Source: Maritalea sp.
GTDB lineage: Bacteria; Pseudomonadota; Alphaproteobacteria; Rhizobiales; Devosiaceae
DNA: 64,000 nt
Assembly: GCF_047634455.1 (NCBI RefSeq)
Contig: NZ_JBLIAI010000004.1
Span: forward strand, 48,211 to 112,210
Reading direction: 5' to 3'
Shown: positions 28,425 to 38,954 of the stretch, in pieces
Position numbering within the stretch: the stretch's first letter is position 1
Layout: each line of letters begins with the position of its first letter
Program-made: the position numbers and the translations under genes
The notes under the pieces: generated by a model
Databases searched by the model: none
Seen by the model: the letters and a program-made list of their open reading frames with translations, nothing else
Told to the model about the DNA's origin: nothing

Positions 28425-29645
28425 ATGACCACAAAGCAAATTGCTATCATCGGCGGCGGACCAGCAGGACTTGCTGCGGCAGAGGCCCTGATGGGGCGCG
28501 GATATGCCATCACGATTTATGAGGCGATGCCAACCCCAGCGCGCAAATTATTATGGGCCGGGAAGTCTGGGCTCAACATTACGCATGCCGAAAAATTTGA
28601 AACCTTTAGAACGCGGTTTGGCAGCGCATCTGATCGCTTGTCAAAAGCGCTGTTAGACTTCCCACCAGCAGCCATTCAAACCTGGTCGGCGACGTTAGGC
28701 GTTGAAACATTTGTCGGCACGTCGGGGCGCATCTTCCCCAAAGCCATGAAGGCATCGCCTCTGCTTCGGGCGTGGCTCGCCAAGCTTGAGAATGCCGGCG
28801 TCCAACTGAAAACCCGACACAATTGGCGCGGGTTTGATGGCGAAAAACTAAAATTTGAAACGCCTAACGGCTCGCTCATCATCAAGCCAGATGCGGTGAT
28901 TTTGGCATTGGGTGGTGCGTCTTACAAACGGCTTGGTGCCAACGCACAATGGGTGCCGTGGCTGAAAGAACAACACATTAGCGTGACACCTTTGCGCCCG
29001 GCCAATTGCGGTTTCGAGGTGGACTGGTCTACTCACTTTGTCAAAAAACACGCAGGCGACCCGATAAAAACCGTGGTCGGCTCAGTCCATGATGCGGCCA
29101 TAAAAGGCGAATTTGTTTTCACATCTTTCGGCATTGAAGGCAGCTTGATTTACACCCATTCAGCAGCGCTCCGGGACCAACTGGAAACAGACAGCTTTGC
29201 CACCCTCAACCTCGACCTTTTGCCCGACAAAACCATTGACCAGCTGACAAGTTCGCTTGAGCGACAGAACCCGAAACAAAGCCTGTCTAATCGTTTGCGC
29301 AAGGGGGCAAAACTTACAGGCGTCAAAGCAGCACTTGTGCGGGAGCTTCATCCAGAAGCAGGAAAAGCCACGCCACAAGTCCTGGCACAGACCATAAAAT
29401 CCCTGCAAATCCCACTGGTCGGCACGCGACCAATTGACGAAGCGATTTCCGTTGCCGGTGGCATTGCATGGGATGACATTGACAGCAATTTTATGCTGAG
29501 AAAATTGCCTTCAGTTTTCGTCGCCGGGGAAATGATTGACTGGGAAGCGCCCACCGGGGGGTATCTTATAACCGCATGTCTTGCCACGGGTCGGGCTGCT
29601 GGGCTGGGCGCCCACAATTGGCTCACCCAAACGAACGATCTGTGA
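28425..29645 (+). CDS. HI0933/BaiN-family flavoprotein
   Basis: IIGGGPAGL, RKLLWAGKSGLNITH, GTSGRIFP, GEMIDWEAPTGGYL. Confidence 0.9.
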   Translation: MTTKQIAIIGGGPAGLAAAEALMGRGYAITIYEAMPTPARKLLWAGKSGLNITHAEKFETFRTRFGSASDRLSKALLDFPPAAIQTWSATLGVETFVGTSGRIFPKAMKASPLLRAWLAKLENAGVQLKTRHNWRGFDGEKLKFETPNGSLIIKPDAVILALGGASYKRLGANAQWVPWLKEQHISVTPLRPANCGFEVDWSTHFVKKHAGDPIKTVVGSVHDAAIKGEFVFTSFGIEGSLIYTHSAALRDQLETDSFATLNLDLLPDKTIDQLTSSLERQNPKQSLSNRLRKGAKLTGVKAALVRELHPEAGKATPQVLAQTIKSLQIPLVGTRPIDEAISVAGGIAWDDIDSNFMLRKLPSVFVAGEMIDWEAPTGGYLITACLATGRAAGLGAHNWLTQTNDL

Positions 29646-29728
29646 GCAACTGTCAGTTTGCGACAAAACAGCCCTCGTGGCATCCGTATTTTTACTGTTA
29701 AGTTTCCCCTTCAGGCTGGAGAGTAAGC

Positions 29729-30274
29729 ATGGACCATTCAAATTACGTTATCGACCAAATGATTTCGGCCAAATCCATCGCTGCACGCGTGGAAGATTTG
29801 GCGGTTGAAATTTCTGAAAAGTTTGCAGACACGGACAAATTGATTGTTGTCGGTTTGCTGCGTGGCTCGTTCGTATTTATTTCTGACCTTGTGCGCGAAT
29901 TGGAATTGCCTGTCGAGGTCGATTTCCTTGAAGCTTCTTCGTATGGCGACAGCACACATTCGTCACGCGAGGTGCGAATTTTAAAGGATTTGCGCGGCGA
30001 AATTGGCGGGCGCGACGTGCTGGTGGTCGAAGACATTGTGGACACCGGTTATACGCTCACCCATGTGACGAACCTTTTGAAATCTCGCAATCCCAAACGC
30101 CTTGAAGTTTGTGCGTTGCTCGACAAGCCATCCCGTCGTGAAGTTGATATCAAAGCCACTTGGACTGGCTTTGAAATTCCGGATGAATTTGTGGTCGGCT
30201 ATGGCATCGACTACGCGCAGCGCAACCGCAACCTGCCCTATATTGGCAAGGTGCGTTTTTTGCCTGAAAATTAA
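29729..30274 (+). CDS. hpt: Hypoxanthine phosphoribosyltransferase
   Basis: [25 protein letters not shown] motif, [16 protein letters not shown]. Confidence 0.95.
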   Translation: MDHSNYVIDQMISAKSIAARVEDLAVEISEKFADTDKLIVVGLLRGSFVFISDLVRELELPVEVDFLEASSYGDSTHSSREVRILKDLRGEIGGRDVLVVEDIVDTGYTLTHVTNLLKSRNPKRLEVCALLDKPSRREVDIKATWTGFEIPDEFVVGYGIDYAQRNRNLPYIGKVRFLPEN

Positions 30275-30278
30275 AATG

Positions 30279-31988
30279 TCACGCCGTTATCGCTAATAAA
30301 AACCAAGCCGCGTGCGGCAACCATTGCTCGCCCCAGCGCCATGATTGGTAAGGGTCTTCCGTCTCACAGAACGCAATATCATTCTCGTGTGCCATGCCCG
30401 ATGTGATGCCATTACAAATGCCCCCATCAACATTGGGAAACTTTGCAATCTCATATTGTGCCACGTTGCGGCCCACGCCCTGCATCATGCATGAATGATA
30501 GGGGTTGGCCCCCAATATCCAATCCAGCATGCGCTGCGCCTGCTGTTCGGCCTTTTCAGCGAGTTCTGCTTCAAGGTATGGCTCAACACGTCGCAAACCA
30601 TATGCTAGGCTTGCCAGGCGCGCGTTTTCACCCTGCCACCAATACCCACTTTCATTCACATGCGGATAGAAGAACTGAGATTTGATCTCGCCATCAATCG
30701 AGTTGGCCAATTGTCGCGGATAAGCAAAAGGGTTATTTACCTCATTCGTTATGTTCAATATGTGGGTGACCGCCTTTTCCAGAACGCCCACGATATCGCG
30801 CGCCTCGTTTTCGTCAGCAATCGATAGATATTCCACCAAACCCATCAGCGGCATACCCTCATCTGCCGCATGCGAGAACGGCCTATTGCCATCATCGTCC
30901 GCTCGGAACCAACCGTCATATCCATGACCACTTTGCAACCTTTCAAGCAACCGCACGGCGCGATATTGCGCACGATTGTGATAAGCAAGATCGTGCGTTG
31001 CCTTGAACAACTCAATGGCTGCAAGCAATGCGCAATAGTCGTCGATGATGTTTTCTTCACCATCATCCAAATAGTCGACATTGTGGATTTCAAGATGCTC
31101 AAACGCGCGCTTTGCCGTGTTCAAGTATTTTGCGGCACCGAATTCACCACAAAAATCTAGCCGCGCGGCGAGCGCCAATGCAGCAATCGCCATGCCCCCA
31201 CCTTGCCGGTATCCAGCCTGCCAATCATCTGACTTGTGACCCAATTGCGTCGCGTACGCACAAATTTCTCGCTGGTTGATGTCCCCGGTCCATTTGTCAA
31301 ACACGGTCATATAAAAGGCACCAGTCACGTCACACATGCGCACCAAAAAATCTGCGCCATATGCAGCTTCGTTGGCCAAGCCGCTAGCAACATCTTTTGA
31401 CAAACCCACATTCTGGCTTGCTCTTGCAAGCGACCAAACAACCAGTGGCGTTTGCTGTGGGTTCATATAGTTGGCGTATGACAAATGGCTCAGATACTTA
31501 CTCACATCACCTGACGCATCATACCAACCGCCATGAACATCGGCTCGGCTGTTCTTCTTATTGCCCACAAATGGAACCGATTTGTCCGCCTCATCATATT
31601 GGTCAGCGCATCTTTGACTTTTGAAGTAGCTCAACACCAGCGGCACCAATTCAGGGGTGAACAGGCAATCTTGAATGCCAAATTGCTCCGACAACAGTTC
31701 CGATCCATCAGCCCGCTTGGCGCGCAAATAGTAGCGCCCTTCATCCTGAACGCTCGTGAAATCAACTTGTTGAAAGCTTAACCCGTCCCAACCGTCCACT
31801 GTGCACACAGACCCTAATTGCACCGCATCCGTTGGCGTCAAGCCGCCGACTTGCCAAATCTCACATTTATCAAACGCCGCCTGATCGCCCAAAGAAATCA
31901 CAGCGTGCTTAGCGCTGGCGGCTTCATATCCAACATGATTGATCGCAATGCCAATACCGTCCCGCAAAGCGGGGAATAACTCATTCAT
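30279..31988 (-). CDS. GH9 glycoside hydrolase, exo-beta-glucosaminidase/chitobiase-like
   Basis: NHVGYE, DVHGGWYDASGDVSKYLSHLSYANYMNPQQTP, ENIIDDY, YWWQGENAR, WRWGEQWLPH. No signal peptide. Start at 31988 or 32006. Confidence 0.87.
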   Translation of the reverse strand: MNELFPALRDGIGIAINHVGYEAASAKHAVISLGDQAAFDKCEIWQVGGLTPTDAVQLGSVCTVDGWDGLSFQQVDFTSVQDEGRYYLRAKRADGSELLSEQFGIQDCLFTPELVPLVLSYFKSQRCADQYDEADKSVPFVGNKKNSRADVHGGWYDASGDVSKYLSHLSYANYMNPQQTPLVVWSLARASQNVGLSKDVASGLANEAAYGADFLVRMCDVTGAFYMTVFDKWTGDINQREICAYATQLGHKSDDWQAGYRQGGGMAIAALALAARLDFCGEFGAAKYLNTAKRAFEHLEIHNVDYLDDGEENIIDDYCALLAAIELFKATHDLAYHNRAQYRAVRLLERLQSGHGYDGWFRADDDGNRPFSHAADEGMPLMGLVEYLSIADENEARDIVGVLEKAVTHILNITNEVNNPFAYPRQLANSIDGEIKSQFFYPHVNESGYWWQGENARLASLAYGLRRVEPYLEAELAEKAEQQAQRMLDWILGANPYHSCMMQGVGRNVAQYEIAKFPNVDGGICNGITSGMAHENDIAFCETEDPYQSWRWGEQWLPHAAWFLLAITA

Positions 31989-31998
31989 AATTGACCTA

Positions 31999-32997
31999 TC
32001 AAACATGGTGGCAGCGCACAAAATGCCCGGTTTGGGCGGATTGCGGCTCTGGCATTTCGTGGCTGCAAATAGACGTAGCCCGCGGACAACGGGCAGCAAA
32101 CGGGCAGCCGATTTTGTCCGATGTCCACAATGGGATATCTGCGGCTTTGCGCTCTGTAGAAACAGCGACACGACGGTCTGGATTGGGAACTGAATCGATC
32201 AACAGCTTGGTGTATGGGTGCTGCGGGCGGGACGTAATGTGCTCGCTGGGCCCCTGTTCCACCAAATGCCCCGCATATAGTACAGCAGTGTCCTCAGCAA
32301 AATACCGCGCCGTGGCAATGTCATGCGTGATAAACAGGGTTGCTAGATTTTTCTGAAGTTTTTGCTCTTCCAATAAGTTCAAAATGCCCAACCGAACCGA
32401 AACATCAAGCATTGAGGTTGGTTCATCCGCCAGCAATACCTTTGGTTGCACAGACAGGGCGCGCGCAATCGCCACCCGTTGGCGCTGCCCGCCGGACAAT
32501 TCGTGCGGACGCCGCCGCACAAAATCTTTTGCGGGTGTTAGGCCAACTTGTTCGAGCAATTCAACGATATGATTTTGAACGTCGGCCCCTTTCAGCTCGC
32601 GCCGATGGAGCTTTATTGGGCGCTCCAAAATATACCCAACCGTGTGGGTTTGGTTGAGCGAACCAAATGGGTCTTGAAAGATCATTTGCACGTCTTCGCG
32701 GAAATGCGCCAGTTCGGATTTGCGCAAGGTCGATATATCTTGGCCGCCAAATTCGACTTTGCCTGAACTGGGCTGATAAATGCGCGACAAGACTCGCGCA
32801 ATTGTGCTCTTGCCGGAACCTGATTCACCAACCAGCGCCAATGAGCGCCCCGCATGCAGCTCGAACGAAACCCCAGAAAGTGCGCGCAGCACTTTGGGCT
32901 TAAACATGTTACCGCCGATAGCAAAATCTAACGTCGCATCAACCAGTTTCAGCAAGCTGTCAGGTATCTTTGCCACAGGCTGAGCAGTTGTCATCAT
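31999..32997 (-). CDS. Opp/Dpp-family ABC ATPase (OppF-like)
   Basis: [29 protein letters not shown]-terminal Cys cluster. ATGA overlap with the upstream gene. Confidence 0.9.
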   Translation of the reverse strand: MMTTAQPVAKIPDSLLKLVDATLDFAIGGNMFKPKVLRALSGVSFELHAGRSLALVGESGSGKSTIARVLSRIYQPSSGKVEFGGQDISTLRKSELAHFREDVQMIFQDPFGSLNQTHTVGYILERPIKLHRRELKGADVQNHIVELLEQVGLTPAKDFVRRRPHELSGGQRQRVAIARALSVQPKVLLADEPTSMLDVSVRLGILNLLEEQKLQKNLATLFITHDIATARYFAEDTAVLYAGHLVEQGPSEHITSRPQHPYTKLLIDSVPNPDRRVAVSTERKAADIPLWTSDKIGCPFAARCPRATSICSHEMPEPQSAQTGHFVRCHHV

Positions 32998-33968
32998 AGT
33001 TGAAGAAGATGGCATGCGGCCCTACTTTCCTGTTTTGGATAGTCGATCAGGTGGGGCGACTGGTTTTTGCAAACCGCAATTGCTTTGCTGCATCTTGGTG
33101 AGAACCGACAGCCCAATGGAATTTCCGAAAGCCGGGGCGGTGAGCCTTCAATGCCCTCAAGCCTCACTCTTGGCCCCGTTAGCGGCGGAAATGATTGCCC
33201 TAGCGCTTCGGTATAGGGGTGAAGTGGATTTTCAAAAATCGTGGCTGAAGGCCCCACTTCAACAAGTTCACCCGAATACATGATGCCAATCCGATCACAA
33301 AACTCAATCATCAAGCCAAGATCGTGCGTGATGAACAGCACGGAAAACCCGAGCTGCTCTTGCAACGCTCTTATCTGCTCGATGATGTCCCGTTGCACAA
33401 CCACATCAAGGGCCGTCGTGGGCTCATCCATGATGATCAGTTTGGGCTCAAGACAAAGCGCAATCGCAATACAAATCCGTTGCCGCATCCCGCCCGAGAA
33501 TTGATGCGGGAAATCTTCAAGCCGATCGGGATGTATGCCCACCAGTTCAAACATTTCCGCAGCACGTTCTCGGGCGACCTGCAGGGAGCAACTCTTGTGG
33601 GTTTGAATGACGTCTGTCAGCTGCTCGCTGACCCGAATGACCGGGTTGAGCGCGTTCATCGCGCTTTGAAAGACAAAACTAACTTCGCCCCATCTATATT
33701 GGCGCAGCCGATCCCCATCAAAATTCAGGACTTCTTCGCCGTTAAAAGAAACTGACCCACCGCTCACCAACCCCGGCAATCTGGTCAGCCGCGCTAGCCC
33801 GAATGCAACGGTTGACTTGCCGCACCCACTTTCACCAGCAAGACCAAATATTTCGCCGCGCTTAATGTTAAAACTAATGCCATTTACGGCACGCAAGACT
33901 TCATTGTCGCCAACATAGTCGATGGCTAAGTTTCGCACTTCCATCAAAGCGCTTGGATCAAAAAACAT
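32994..33968 (-). CDS. Opp/Dpp-family ABC ATPase (OppD-like)
   Basis: [43 protein letters not shown]. Start at ATG 33968. Confidence 0.9.
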   Translation of the reverse strand: MFFDPSALMEVRNLAIDYVGDNEVLRAVNGISFNIKRGEIFGLAGESGCGKSTVAFGLARLTRLPGLVSGGSVSFNGEEVLNFDGDRLRQYRWGEVSFVFQSAMNALNPVIRVSEQLTDVIQTHKSCSLQVARERAAEMFELVGIHPDRLEDFPHQFSGGMRQRICIAIALCLEPKLIIMDEPTTALDVVVQRDIIEQIRALQEQLGFSVLFITHDLGLMIEFCDRIGIMYSGELVEVGPSATIFENPLHPYTEALGQSFPPLTGPRVRLEGIEGSPPRLSEIPLGCRFSPRCSKAIAVCKNQSPHLIDYPKQESRAACHLLQL

Positions 33969-34953
33969 CGGTGGACCTCCCCCGTTTTGCCAAGAATTTT
34001 CTGATCGCTGGAATGTGCCTGCCTGCCCTGAGCTGTGGGCTGGTGATTTCGTCGACCGCAAAATTGACGAGAACAAGTGCCGCGCCCGTCACCATGATGG
34101 CGATACATTCGGGCCAAACTTCCCACCACGCGCCGGTTTGAAGTGCGGAGTTTTTCTGCGCCCAAAAAAGCATCGTCCCCCATGTCACCGAACTAGGATC
34201 CCCTAGCCCAATAAACTCCAACCCAGCCTCCGCGAGAATGGCGTAAATCGTTGCCAGCACAAACCCGCCAACCACGAAGCTGAGCATGTTGGGGAACAGT
34301 TCCATAATGATGATGCGCCATTTCTTTTCGCCCAACAATTCAGCGGCCAAAATGAACTCTTTGGTTCTGAGCGAAAGCGTCACGGTGCGAATGGTGCGGG
34401 CGCTCCACCCCCAACCTGTGAGCGCCAAGACCAGGCCTATGACAGGCGGACTGGCTTCTTCAATAAAGGCAGCAATAACGATGATCAGCGGCAAGGCGGG
34501 CAAGACAAGGACCACATTGACGAAGAAACTGAGGATTTCGTCGACTTTGCCGCCAAAGTAACCAGACGCAATGCCAACAAACAAACCAATGACTGTCGCC
34601 ACTATGCCCGCGATAAAGCCCACGGCTAAGCTGGTTCGCCCGCCATAAAGCAGTTGCGTCCACACATCTTTGCCCACCCGGGTGGTGCCCAAAACATGTT
34701 CTGCATTTGGCGAAACGTGCGGACCACCCGCCCTGCGGTTTGGATTATACTCAGACAAGGCTGGCGCGAACACAGCACTCAGAATAAGCACCAGCAGCAA
34801 AATGACACCCGCAAGCCCCTTTTTGTTGGTGATTAAGCCGCCCAGCATGGGTGGCAATTTACGTAGCCAATTTTGCTGCGGTTTTAACCCGAGTTCACGC
34901 GCCACCTCTTCAGGCGTTGGCGCAATATTGGGCATATGAGTTTGACCGTTCAT
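33958..34953 (-). CDS. Opp-family permease C
   Basis: HVLGTT, GRTSLAVG, EFILAAELLGE, TWGTML. Confidence 0.9.
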   Translation of the reverse strand: MNGQTHMPNIAPTPEEVARELGLKPQQNWLRKLPPMLGGLITNKKGLAGVILLLVLILSAVFAPALSEYNPNRRAGGPHVSPNAEHVLGTTRVGKDVWTQLLYGGRTSLAVGFIAGIVATVIGLFVGIASGYFGGKVDEILSFFVNVVLVLPALPLIIVIAAFIEEASPPVIGLVLALTGWGWSARTIRTVTLSLRTKEFILAAELLGEKKWRIIIMELFPNMLSFVVGGFVLATIYAILAEAGLEFIGLGDPSSVTWGTMLFWAQKNSALQTGAWWEVWPECIAIMVTGAALVLVNFAVDEITSPQLRAGRHIPAIRKFLAKRGRSTDVF

Positions 34954-34968
34954 TTGGTTTCCTCCCCG

Positions 34969-35952
34969 TCAAACGCGGCTATGCGAGCGCAAACGCGGAT
35001 CAAAAATGACATTCAAAATGTCTGAAAAAAGATTGGCGACCAGCACGCTGGCCGTTAACAACAACATCTGTGCTTGAACAAATGAATAGTCGCGCGACTG
35101 GATCGCCGTCAGCGTGAACTTGCCGAGCCCGGGATAGTTGAACACCACCTCCGTGATCAAGGCTCCACCGAGCACAAATCCAATCGAAAGGGCGAGCGAC
35201 GTAATTTGCGGCAAAATCGCGTTGCGTGCCACATAGCGATACTGGACGCGGCTGGCGCTCAAGCCCTTGGCTTTTGCGAGCACCACAAAGTCTTCGTTCA
35301 ATAAATTGATCATCGTGTTGCGCATACCAAGGTGCCACGACCCAAAGGTCACAATGACAATGGAGAGCACCGGCAGCACAGCATGGTGGGCGACGCTCAA
35401 AATGAACGCCCAATCCCAACCCGGCTGAACGCTTAACGAATGTGCGCGCCCCAGCGGAAACCATTCGAGTTGAAACGAGAACGCATAAAACAAGATCAAT
35501 GCCACAATTGCTGGGGTAAACGCGTTCAACATCACATTGACTGGTGTGAAAACACTGTCGAAAAATCCGCCGCGATGTGACGCCGCATAGATGCCCATAA
35601 CAATGCCAATGACGAAGGATATCGCTGTGGCCATGCCGACGAGCAGCAATGTCCAAACAGCGGAATAGTACAGCAGGGCAGAAGTTGGCTCAGGGAAATT
35701 GATCGTTGAAATGCCAAAGTCAAACTGCGCCAGCTTGCCCAGATAGGCCACATACTGATCCCAAAGTGATCCATCGAACCCATAAGATTTACGGATGGCG
35801 TCCATTTGTTCAGGCCGTAACTTGCCGCGCAATGACGCAAATATCCGAGTTGTCGGATCACCCGGCATCCACCGGGGAATGAAGAAGTTGAGCGTGATGG
35901 CAACAAAAAACGCTGCGCAATAAAACGCCAATCGCCTGAGCAAAAACTGCAT
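34969..35952 (-). CDS. Opp-family permease B
   Basis: MPGDP, AKAKGL, RNAILP, EVVFNYPGLG, RDY, DPRLR. Confidence 0.9.
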   Translation of the reverse strand: MQFLLRRLAFYCAAFFVAITLNFFIPRWMPGDPTTRIFASLRGKLRPEQMDAIRKSYGFDGSLWDQYVAYLGKLAQFDFGISTINFPEPTSALLYYSAVWTLLLVGMATAISFVIGIVMGIYAASHRGGFFDSVFTPVNVMLNAFTPAIVALILFYAFSFQLEWFPLGRAHSLSVQPGWDWAFILSVAHHAVLPVLSIVIVTFGSWHLGMRNTMINLLNEDFVVLAKAKGLSASRVQYRYVARNAILPQITSLALSIGFVLGGALITEVVFNYPGLGKFTLTAIQSRDYSFVQAQMLLLTASVLVANLFSDILNVIFDPRLRSHSRV

Positions 35953-35969
35953 AGTAAACCCCTGTCAAA

Positions 35970-35998
35970 TGGGTGGGCACCTATTGCGCGCCCACCCA
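35970..35998 (-). other. Stem-loop after the family-5 SBP gene
   Basis: TGGGTGGGC...GCCCACCCA inverted repeat. Confidence 0.6.
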
Positions 35999-36015
35999 GA
36001 TTGCTACTTAAAAGC

Positions 36016-37686
36016 TTAGTTTACTGGCTTCAAAGACAAAGCGTGGATAACACGCTCAGGGGTACCCTGATGCAGCATTGGCCGCACGTAAGGGTTGTCT
36101 TTTGATACCCAACCCTCAAATCGACGGGTTGAATATTGGTACCAGCTTGGGTTCGCAAACAGGGAAATCACTGGCAGATTTTGCGCCACCAATAATTCAA
36201 CCTCTTGGATTTTGGCGCGCTGTACAGCCTCGTCCGACGTTGCAGCCACGACTTCTAATGCTTCTTCAATGGCTGGAATGCGCATTTGGTGCATCGCCGG
36301 TTCACGGATCTGTCCTGGAACCATAGAGCGTGGATTAAACATGCCCTTATATGTGCGCCAAGGTGTTGTGTAGCTCTCAACCCACATGATGAACACATCG
36401 TAATCGCCGGTTGGGATTGTATCGAACCATGAACCTTCTTCTGGCGTGTGCAGATTTGCATTCACGCCAATGTCTTGAAGGTTTTCAGACACTGTTTGCA
36501 GGGTATTGACCCAATCGGTCCAACCTGAAGGCACAGACATTTTGAAATCAATCGCGGTTCCATCTGGGTTGTCGCGCCAGCCGTCGCCATCTGCATCAAC
36601 AAAACCAGCATCATCAAGCCGTTTTGCTGCCGCTTCTGGATTATATTCCATGAGATATTTGTAGGGCGCCAACTCTTCTTCATTGTACCAGCCAGCATAA
36701 AACTCACCCGTGCCAATTGGGTATTTGGATTCTGTGGTCAGCCCAAACGTTGAGATTTCCAAAATCGTTTGCCGATCAATCGCTTGGCTCATCGCTTTGC
36801 GGAATTCAAGATTGTTAAACGGCGCTTTTGTTGTATTCAGTTGCAAGTTGGTATTGCCAGCAGCAGGCAACCAATAATTGTTGTACTCGCTCTTCGGCGT
36901 GAAAGTAATTTCTGGATCAGTCATGCCATCGCCCGACCAATCCAAATCACCACGGCTCAAAGCGGCAATAACTTGCTCGTTGCCAGACAATTGTGGGTAC
37001 AACAAACAATCAATCTTATTCTCCGCATCACCTCGGAAATATTGATTGCGGCACAGCTTATACGAAGATCGGCTAAAATCTGTCACCTCGGTCCAAGGGC
37101 CGGTCCCCACAACGCTTTTATTATCATAGTTGCGAGGATCTTCCACAGAACTCCAAATGTGCTCTGGAAGCGGATAAACCGTGCCAATTGTCAAATGTGC
37201 CAAGCTGTCAGCATGATCCAAGTTAAAGCGGACCGTCAAATCATCCAATGCTTCAACCGACACAATATTGCCGCTGTCATTAGCCGCATCGAAAATGTCA
37301 TAGCCAATTGGAAATTCTGGGTTTGCCTTATCGTAGTTAAACGTAAACACCACATCGTCTGCCGTAAATGCTTCACCGTCCGACCATTTCACGCCTTCAC
37401 GTAAATGGTAGGTCACGCTCATCAGGTCGTCAGCGACATCATAAGAAGTGGCAAGCGCCGGGAAAGGCTTCTCCGGGTGGAAAATGTTGTAAATCCACAA
37501 TGGTTCATAGGCAAAGTCCTGCACATAAGCAGACGGCCCACCGTAATTGTAGGGATTAAAGTTTTGCACATGCGCGTCCGTGTGCCGTGGCAACATACGC
37601 AGCAATGTTTCTTCGGCTAGAGCCGCGCCGCCTATCGACGTGCCACACATAGCAATAACGGCCAATCTTATAGCCAGTTTATTCAT
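36016..37686 (-). CDS. Family-5 oligosaccharide-binding protein (chito/cello-oligosaccharide type)
   Basis: Signal peptide, NFNPY, YEPLWIYN, LREGVKWSDGEAFTADDV, VPSGWTDW, RFEGW...NPY. Confidence 0.85.
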   Translation of the reverse strand: MNKLAIRLAVIAMCGTSIGGAALAEETLLRMLPRHTDAHVQNFNPYNYGGPSAYVQDFAYEPLWIYNIFHPEKPFPALATSYDVADDLMSVTYHLREGVKWSDGEAFTADDVVFTFNYDKANPEFPIGYDIFDAANDSGNIVSVEALDDLTVRFNLDHADSLAHLTIGTVYPLPEHIWSSVEDPRNYDNKSVVGTGPWTEVTDFSRSSYKLCRNQYFRGDAENKIDCLLYPQLSGNEQVIAALSRGDLDWSGDGMTDPEITFTPKSEYNNYWLPAAGNTNLQLNTTKAPFNNLEFRKAMSQAIDRQTILEISTFGLTTESKYPIGTGEFYAGWYNEEELAPYKYLMEYNPEAAAKRLDDAGFVDADGDGWRDNPDGTAIDFKMSVPSGWTDWVNTLQTVSENLQDIGVNANLHTPEEGSWFDTIPTGDYDVFIMWVESYTTPWRTYKGMFNPRSMVPGQIREPAMHQMRIPAIEEALEVVAATSDEAVQRAKIQEVELLVAQNLPVISLFANPSWYQYSTRRFEGWVSKDNPYVRPMLHQGTPERVIHALSLKPVN

Positions 37687-37709
37687 GATTTCCTCCTCGC
37701 TATATGATA

Positions 37710-37723
37710 TGGGATCGTTCCCA
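37710..37723. promoter_or_regulatory. LacI-family operator
   Basis: TGGGATCGTTCCCA. Confidence 0.8.
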
Positions 37724-37769
37724 CATCACGCAACATCTCGCCCTCACGAGAGTATTGCAATTGCGACTT

Positions 37770-37787
37770 TATGGGAACGATCCCATA
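37770..37787. promoter_or_regulatory. LacI-family operator (second copy, inverted)
   Basis: TATGGGAACGATCCCATA. Confidence 0.8.
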
Positions 37788-37843
37788 GGCGCAACTAGAA
37801 ATTTGGATTTTTGGGATTTGGTCGCTGGGATCAGGAGAAACCG

Positions 37844-38851
37844 CTAACTTGATATGCGCGCGACGCTTTCCCGCTCAATCAATTCAGTCTTTAAAACCAC
37901 ATTTTGATCTGCAACAGGCATTTTCAACAAAAGCTGCAGCAACATTTCAACTGCAACTTGTCCCATCTTTACAATGGGTTGGCGATTTGTCGTTAGACTA
38001 GGGGTCAAATGTCGGGCATGGAAGTTATCGTCAAACCCGATTATCGAAACCTCATTCGGCACATTTATGTTGTTGTGTTTGAGCGCAAGCATGCACCCAG
38101 CGGCTATATCGTCGTCACCCGCAACAATTGCGGTAAACTTCCGGGTTGATTGCAGCAAATCCATTGTGGCGTCATAGCCAAATTGATCTGAAAACGCCCC
38201 GTGCCGCACAATAATATCGCTTAGTTGCAAACCAACTTCACCCAATGCCAGCGCTACACCGTCCAACCGATCACGCGCATCTCGAAAATCCAATGGCCCA
38301 TTGAAATGGACGATTTCGCGATGCCCTTTATCAAGTAGCATTTTCATGGATTGATAGGCGCCAGCTTTATTATCAACCGAGACGCTGGCCTGCGCCACAA
38401 CATATGGATCACTGCCAATCACCACCACAGGCAGCTTGGCTTTTTGCACCAGCTCGGCGACCGCATCGTCCATTGGATTTTCAAGGTAAAGGATAAGACC
38501 GTCACACGAGCGATCGACAAGTTCAATTATTGCCCGGCTTTCACTCTCTTGTTCCGCATAGCCACTGGTGACCAAAAGGCTTTTACCTGCTTCGCGGCAA
38601 GCAGATTGAACACCGCCAGCCAATTGCGCATAAAACGGGCTCGCCACATCAACCACAACCAAGCCGATAATATCTGATCTATTGGAACGCAGCCCACGTG
38701 CCATTTTGTTTGGGCGATAATTGAGCTCGTTTATCGCTGTTTCGATTGCTTTGCGCTTCTCATCCGAAACATATCCGTTATCCGCAATAAATCGCGACAC
38801 CGTGGACTTGGAAACACCTGCCCGTGTTGACACGTCTTTGATCGTAACCAT
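37844..38851 (-). CDS. LacI-family regulator
   Basis: MVTIKDVSTRAGVSKSTVSR, YRPNKMARGL, SIIGFDD, PSLTT. Confidence 0.92.
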   Translation of the reverse strand: MVTIKDVSTRAGVSKSTVSRFIADNGYVSDEKRKAIETAINELNYRPNKMARGLRSNRSDIIGLVVVDVASPFYAQLAGGVQSACREAGKSLLVTSGYAEQESESRAIIELVDRSCDGLILYLENPMDDAVAELVQKAKLPVVVIGSDPYVVAQASVSVDNKAGAYQSMKMLLDKGHREIVHFNGPLDFRDARDRLDGVALALGEVGLQLSDIIVRHGAFSDQFGYDATMDLLQSTRKFTAIVAGDDDIAAGCMLALKHNNINVPNEVSIIGFDDNFHARHLTPSLTTNRQPIVKMGQVAVEMLLQLLLKMPVADQNVVLKTELIERESVARISS

Positions 38852-38954
38852 CTCACGCCATTCCCGACATTCAAACTCGTTGACTATCGCCAATAGCACG
38901 TCGCGTGGACAAACCTAACCCTTCAATGAAGAAATTTTGGGCACAGATACATGA

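Noticed and set aside
35000-35656. 218-aa alternative-frame ORF inside the permease gene
   Set aside because: Arg/Cys/His-rich non-protein-like composition, fully nested in a conserved permease.
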